Of a stretch of 29,581 bases of DNA, positions 26,001 through 29,581 are shown one piece after another (the first letter of the stretch is position 1; each line of letters starts with the position of its first letter). The notes below the pieces were generated by a model. It saw only the letters and a list, made by a program, of their open reading frames with translations, did no database searches and was not told where the DNA came from. Origin of the DNA: an uncultured bacterium (GTDB lineage: Bacteria > Chloroflexota > UBA5177 > JANWHV01); the NCBI GenBank assembly GCA_963729625.1, contig CAVSOU010000012.1, forward strand, positions 1 through 29,581, in the 5' to 3' direction. The translations under genes were made by a program, and so were the position numbers.

Positions 26001-26926
26001 ACGACGCCGGCCAGGGCGAGCAGCAAGGTGGATTTTCCGGCGCCGCTGCCGCCGATCAGTGCCACGAACTCGCGCGGCATGACGCTGATCGATGCGTGTT
26101 CGAGCAGGACCTTCCCGGCCACGCGCCGGGTGCGCCGTACGAGGTCAACCGCGTCGACCCGGATGCTCGGCTGGTCGTCAACCTGCTCGACGCCGTCGCC
26201 ATGGAAGACAAAGCGTACGGGGCCAATCTGGACTTCGTCACCAACCTGTAGCTCGTGCATGCGACGAATCCGCCGGCCGCCGACGAAAGTGCCGTTGGTG
26301 CTGCGCAGGTCATGCAGCAGCACGTGATATTCGAGCCGTTCTAGCCGAGCGTGAAAGCGGGACACCAGCGGATAATCGACGACCACATCGTTACCGGCAT
26401 CACGCCCAATGGTTAGCGTGTCCTTGTCTGCAGGGAAGCGCATGGTCACGGCCCGGCCGCTGAACTTGCCCAGCGGTCGGCCATGGGCGATGGGCCGCAG
26501 GGCAAAGCTGGCAGCCTTCCCCAAGGCGTTCGGCGCATAGACCGGCTCGCCCGAGGTTAGCAGCGCCTCGTTCACCTTCACGCCATGCGAGACCAGTCCG
26601 TGTGCGGCACGGAGATCGCGGACAAGGTAGGTTCCTTTGCGAGCCGTCACTTCCACCCACACCTTGGCGAAGGTCGGGTCGGCGATCTGCAGGTCGCAGG
26701 ATCCGTCACTACCGATACGTAGTACGGATCCCGTCAAGGGATACAATCGCTCAGGCTGTCTCGGCAGCTTCAGCACCAGCGCGAATTCGGCCGCCTGCAT
26801 TGTGGGCTCGTTCGAGACTGATAACACTTGCGTGTCGCCAGCGGCCGATTGGGGGAACGGTGCGCCGCAACTGCCACAGAATCGGGCTCCCTCGCGCAGT
26901 TCCGAAGCACAGGCCGCGCAACGCAT
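23045..26926 (-). CDS. Zinc-ribbon-FHA-FHA-ABCG exporter (Rv1747-like) fused to a phospholipase D (2x HKD) domain and a small C-terminal beta domain
   Basis: CAAC..FCGSCG; FHA IGRD/SRFHA/NGTFV; Walker A GGSGAGKST, Q-loop YVPQDD, LSGGQRKR, FLDEPTSGLD, VTH; ABC-2 membrane domain (REIVKERAVYLRER, PQVIFSG); extra TM; HAKFLVVD..GTPN (23957-23980) and HAKVIVAD..GSEN (23540-23563). RBS GGGAGG. Confidence 0.93.
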   Translation of the reverse strand: MRCAACASELREGARFCGSCGAPFPQSAAGDTQVLSVSNEPTMQAAEFALVLKLPRQPERLYPLTGSVLRIGSDGSCDLQIADPTFAKVWVEVTARKGTYLVRDLRAAHGLVSHGVKVNEALLTSGEPVYAPNALGKAASFALRPIAHGRPLGKFSGRAVTMRFPADKDTLTIGRDAGNDVVVDYPLVSRFHARLERLEYHVLLHDLRSTNGTFVGGRRIRRMHELQVGDEVQIGPVRFVFHGDGVEQVDDQPSIRVDAVDLVRRTRRVAGKVLLEHASISVMPREFVALIGGSGAGKSTLLLALAGVVPPQEGAVAYNAQDIYRGATAFGGHVGYVPQDDILHRELTVGRALDYAARLRLPPDTSPAERERRIATVLAEVQMTPQRNQQIGRLSGGQRKRVSIAVELLANPSVLFLDEPTSGLDPGLDKAVMRLLRDLCEQGRTIVLVTHATENIGLCDLVAFLADGRLVYYGPPAEAPAYFSTGGFPDIYTLLADARKSVSEELRFRASPFYRTNVLERQAATTLPALPDPAHAPQRNLHQIRSAAMRQWRILSERYAELVRLDRVNLALLLAQTPIVACALTLVASRELYTSSKINNTQQILLMLAVATLWFSMTNAAREIVKERAVYLRERLINLRLFPYVLSKAGVLAVLGILQAIALFWIVRLKTPHLPAQGILLPAWLEMLVSLGLCAGAGLLGGLLISSLVRSTDRAMTIVPIVLIPQVIFSGAVFDLTGWTKILSYLTISHWCLAALGSTVKINDLVVPAAANQQAIDAAHNTTWSDVTGGWPKEMYAEPNQAHLLGYWAALGLFSVLFIAATYFALRRADSGVAKHTKEGPSGRTWLLLLAPPVLLCGIMALVSIGGAAASSSTTPRATLPFAQPVGAAGQLELFVEPDDGVTPLVAFITAAQHTIDGEIYLASSKPILSALEIAASRHVTVRINLEQHPYGTGSAAVMTVYRSLAAHGVQVRWTSRAFRYTHAKFLVVDAAQAWIGTPNWTSSAFTGNREFALIDSDPTVTREAEAVFAADWDHKTYAGADSALVLSPTNSRVKIEGVIAQAKSSLDIYAEELNDQAVCQDLRQAVHRGVKVRLVTTVDDNIGTLATIIPTVVRDKALYIHAKVIVADGSSMYLGSENYSATSLDKNREMGLFVHDPVIIQRVETAFAYDVEGPVSAVSYGVQAIATATSTLATGTGFAVNVLVSPNPIPYGAYPTVTIHAAPTAMCSISVLYASGKGATSYPDHSATANSAGVIVEQGKWHMQSKSSGGTVAASCSSKGTSAAGSFSFQIG

Positions 26927-27042
26927 CGCGTACCTCCCGTCCGGCCGAGGTCACCGTAGGCGCCAGGCATGCATCCACGGGCGAGTCGGCTCGTTCGCCC
27001 ACAGTATATGCCCGGTGATTCCGAGGCGATAGCCCTTGAACA

Positions 27043-27156
27043 GTAGTCATTGTGGCTAGCCAAAGTTTGCCCGACTTTCGCGACGACGCCCTTGGAAACG
27101 CCGGCACCAAGATCGCGTATCGAGCCAACTTCCCCGAAGCGCGAAAGGTTGCGGAC
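27043..27156 (+). pseudogene. Internal remnant of a HerA/FtsK/VirB4-superfamily ATPase
   Basis: A stop-bounded frame with no RBS, not in the ORF track, reads VVIVASQSLPDFRDDALGNAGTKIAYRANFPEARKVAD, matching the hhhhSQ...lgN..Tki.(F/Y)R C-terminal motif. Confidence 0.65.
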
Positions 27157-27475
27157 CGATCCGCTTCATCGTGAGCACGGATGGCCCGGCGGCAACCGCC
27201 GAGGGGTGGAGACCCGGCTAGCTCCGGAAGCGGCTGCATCAACCTGTGGATCCATGCCAACGTATACGACGATGGGCGACCGACAGGTGAGGCTCTTCGC
27301 GATCTCCTGGGGCACTGGGGTATTGAAGCTCAAGGACACGCATGTGCGTGGTTTTCGAAAGGCGTCTGCGGCTACTGGGGGCACACGTGCCGCCCGTGCG
27401 CTTAGACCACGAAATGTCGCCGACGCGAAGCGCAGCCGCACTGGCTACCGGTATACTGCGTAAAGGGAGGGCATA

Positions 27476-27682
27476 GTGGACACCGCCGCGGTGCAAGAGG
27501 CAGCCAACGAAGCCACCGCCAGCGGAGAGATGCTAGCGGACCTGGTCCAATTCTTGGTCATCGAGTGCGACAACGAAGTGCTGCAGTTTTACACTCCTGA
27601 GCAAGTGACGGAGGGGCTGCGCGCAGCGGTCGAGCGGTGGCGGCGGAGCCGCGATGCGCTGCAGTCTGCCTTGTCAAGCTGA
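27476..27682 (+). CDS. Small hypothetical helical protein (68 aa)
   Basis: Strong RBS AAAGGGAGG before GTG; protein-like amphipathic composition. Confidence 0.65.
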   Translation: MDTAAVQEAANEATASGEMLADLVQFLVIECDNEVLQFYTPEQVTEGLRAAVERWRRSRDALQSALSS

Positions 27683-27803
27683 CCTGCGCGAGCGATGTTG
27701 GGCTGATCGCGGCGTACCGCCCAGTCTGTATTCTACGACCGCGAGCGCGCAGCAGCTCGTCCTGGCGTGCTTGTTCTAGCGCGACCGGATCGGGCTTGTC
27801 GCC

Positions 27804-28256
27804 CTAACCCTCCGCTTTGTCTGCTGGCACGAACCGTGCCGGGGCGCCATGCCCGCGTATCTCCAGATTGCGCACATGGCCTAGCTTGACGAGCTTCTGA
27901 AGGCGCTTGCTGACCCACCTGCCATCACTGCCCAGCTCAGCCGCCAAAGCGGCCAGGCTGACACCGGGCTCACCCGTCGTTGGCTGCAGCCGCTTGACTG
28001 CCGAGAGCGCCTCGCGCTGCCTCCGGGTTAGGACGCCCGCGCTACTGCCTCGCGGTTTGCCGCCAGCGCCCGCGGCTAGGTTCCAGTCATGCACCCACGC
28101 TGCAGTGCTGACCCACATATGACCAAGCTTGATGGCCTGCAGTTTGCCCGCTCTTGCCGCTGAGCGCAATGTGGTCGGGCTGGCATAGCCACACTGCTTG
28201 GCAAGATTGATGATTGATTGTAGGTCCTCGCTATCTACCTTCACTGAGGTCCCCAA
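27804..28256 (-). CDS. Two-domain DNA-binding protein: excisionase-like HTH plus LexA-like winged HTH
   Basis: N-half TTLRSAARAGKLQAIKLGHMWVST; C-half LTRRQREAL...VSLAALAAELG...VSKRLQKLVKLGHV. Start may be the GTG at 28244. Confidence 0.75.
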   Translation of the reverse strand: MGTSVKVDSEDLQSIINLAKQCGYASPTTLRSAARAGKLQAIKLGHMWVSTAAWVHDWNLAAGAGGKPRGSSAGVLTRRQREALSAVKRLQPTTGEPGVSLAALAAELGSDGRWVSKRLQKLVKLGHVRNLEIRGHGAPARFVPADKAEG

Positions 28257-28341
28257 CTAGCCCGCACAGCGGCAGTCTCCGGCCCACGCTCGAAACGAGA
28301 CGCACGCCGCGACCTCGTGGTTCGGCCAACAAAAGCAAACG

Positions 28342-28551
28342 CTACTCAGTAACAATATGCCGCCTGAGTTGGCACCCTGGGTAGCCGTCTTCGTCAGTAG
28401 TGACGCTCAATAGCTCCCAACCGTTCCGGGTCAACTCCGCGATGAGCGTCGCCATACCCGTGTTCACGTCGGGCGCCTCCTGTGATCCATCCTCGACCCC
28501 AGAAGGTGACACTCTGTAGTCTTTGATAGAAACGTACTCCCACGCTTGCAT
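28342..28551 (-). CDS. DUF4177-like small protein (69 aa)
   Basis: MQAWEY...LIAELTRNGWELLSV...LRR pattern; RBS AAGGGG. Confidence 0.7.
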   Translation of the reverse strand: MQAWEYVSIKDYRVSPSGVEDGSQEAPDVNTGMATLIAELTRNGWELLSVTTDEDGYPGCQLRRHIVTE

Positions 28552-28624
28552 CGTTCCCCCTTCTGTGTACGCCGTTCATCCTAACGCCGCCTTGCACTAT
28601 GCGCGCATCGGCCCACGCGCACGG

Positions 28625-28652
28625 GGCTCCCTGGCGCTGTCGCCAGGGAGCC
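28625..28652 (-). terminator. Stem-loop ending the sugar ABC operon
   Basis: Perfect 12-bp arms GGCTCCCTGGCG / CGCCAGGGAGCC with a 4-nt loop, 40 nt after the stop at 28693. No U-tract. Confidence 0.65.
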
Positions 28653-28692
28653 TCACCAGCATCGACGTACGCATCCGCATCGCGGAAAATCG

Positions 28693-29490
28693 CTAGCCTC
28701 CGCCCGCCAGGGAGAAGTCCGTCTTTGCCACAGCGCCCGTCATCAGGCTCACGGCCTGGTCCATCGTATCTTTCGGGTACAGCGTGCCCACGCGCCGCCC
28801 ATGACGGAGCACGGCGATTCGGTCGGACACCGCCCACACGTGCGGCATGTTGTGGCTGATGAAGATCACCGCCACGCCCTGATCGCGAATGCGCTTGACC
28901 AGGTCGAGCACCATGCCCGCCTGCGCCACGCCCAGCGCGGCGGTCGGCTCGTCGAGGATCACGATGTCCTTGCCCCAGAGCACCGCACGCGCAACCGCCA
29001 CCGACTGGCGCTGGCCGCCGGACAGCGTCTCCACCGTCTGGCGAATGGACTTGATATTGACGCGCAAGGCCTTGAGGTGCTTGGCTGCCTGCTCGCGCAT
29101 CACGGCCTGGTTGTACACGTCGAGCAAGCCCAGTACGCCCCTGTACTTGACCTCTCGGCCCAGAAAGAGATTCGCCGCAACATCGAGGTCGGGCGCGAGC
29201 GCAAGGTCCTGATACACCGTTTCGATACCGGAGTTGCGCGCATCGCGCGGGGTGTGGAAGTGCACCTCCTGGCCGTGTACCTTGATCACGCCGCTGTCCG
29301 GCCGGATCACTCCCGCGATGATCTTGATCAGCGTCGACTTTCCCGCCCCGTTGTCGCCGATCAGCGCCGCGACTTCGCCGGGATAGACCTCGTAGTCAGC
29401 CTCCTCGAGCGCGACCACGCTGCCGAATCGCTTGCTGACGCCGCGCACCTCGACGGCCGGGATGCGGGCCTCATCTGGTTGAGCGACCAT
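28693..29490 (-). CDS. Monosaccharide ABC transporter ATP-binding protein (single NBD, CUT2 type)
   Basis: GDNGAGKST, GIETVYQDLAL, LSGGQRQ, ILDEPTAALG and ISHN. ATG at 29490 after GGAGGGAGG. Confidence 0.95.
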   Translation of the reverse strand: MVAQPDEARIPAVEVRGVSKRFGSVVALEEADYEVYPGEVAALIGDNGAGKSTLIKIIAGVIRPDSGVIKVHGQEVHFHTPRDARNSGIETVYQDLALAPDLDVAANLFLGREVKYRGVLGLLDVYNQAVMREQAAKHLKALRVNIKSIRQTVETLSGGQRQSVAVARAVLWGKDIVILDEPTAALGVAQAGMVLDLVKRIRDQGVAVIFISHNMPHVWAVSDRIAVLRHGRRVGTLYPKDTMDQAVSLMTGAVAKTDFSLAGGG

Positions 29491-29504
29491 ATGATCCCTC
29501 CCTC

Positions 29505-29581
29505 CTACACCGACTGCAGACGGCGTTTGCGCCACTGATCGAGCCAGACGATGAGAATGAGCAAGAAGCCCTCTATCACCT
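29505..29581 (-). CDS. C-terminal end of a monosaccharide ABC permease (RbsC-like), truncated by the window edge
   Basis: Reads VIEGFLLILIVWLDQWRKRRLQSV*, a typical CUT2 permease terminus, directly upstream of the ATPase. Confidence 0.8.
   Translation of the reverse strand, partial: VIEGFLLILIVWLDQWRKRRLQSV

Noticed and set aside
27050-27463. 137-aa and 74-aa plus-strand ORFs
   Set aside because: No RBS or recognisable motifs; the first overlaps the ATPase remnant in another frame. They may hide a further remnant I cannot identify.
1-29581. CRISPR array, tRNA, rRNA, IS element or prophage
   Set aside because: No regularly spaced repeats, cloverleaf, rRNA-like sequence, transposase, integrase or phage structural gene was recognised by eye.

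Overview
High-GC bacterial chromosomal window (by eye mid-60s % GC). The zinc-ribbon/FHA protein style hints at a soil Chloroflexota-like organism, but this is inference only. The left ~19 kb is metabolic. It holds a minus-strand carbohydrate ABC operon (SBP, two permeases, a coupled secreted beta-propeller-like protein and a GH38 alpha-mannosidase broken by several indels) under a divergent GntR/LacI (AraR-type) regulator, with a clear sigma70 promoter and two identical inverted 17-bp operators. It also holds a kdgK-eda-sugar acid dehydratase cassette, an MFS transporter, homospermidine synthase, a PLP trans-sulfuration enzyme, a DUF362 Fe-S protein and a UPF0104 flippase-like protein. From ~19.4 to 28.6 kb lies an accessory region of orphans and gene shards (PstS-like, MDR dehydrogenase, DUF6504-like, HerA/FtsK-type ATPase). 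Its centrepiece is a 1293-aa zinc-ribbon-FHA-FHA-ABCG exporter (Rv1747-like) fused through an extra TM helix to an extracytoplasmic two-HKD phospholipase D domain. On the same strand it is followed by a secreted NPCBM-like protein, an immunity-like ORF and a standalone DUF3883-type nuclease. The window ends in a monosaccharide ABC transporter. No rRNA, tRNA, CRISPR array, integrase or transposase was recognised. All family calls come from motif recognition by eye, not database searches.
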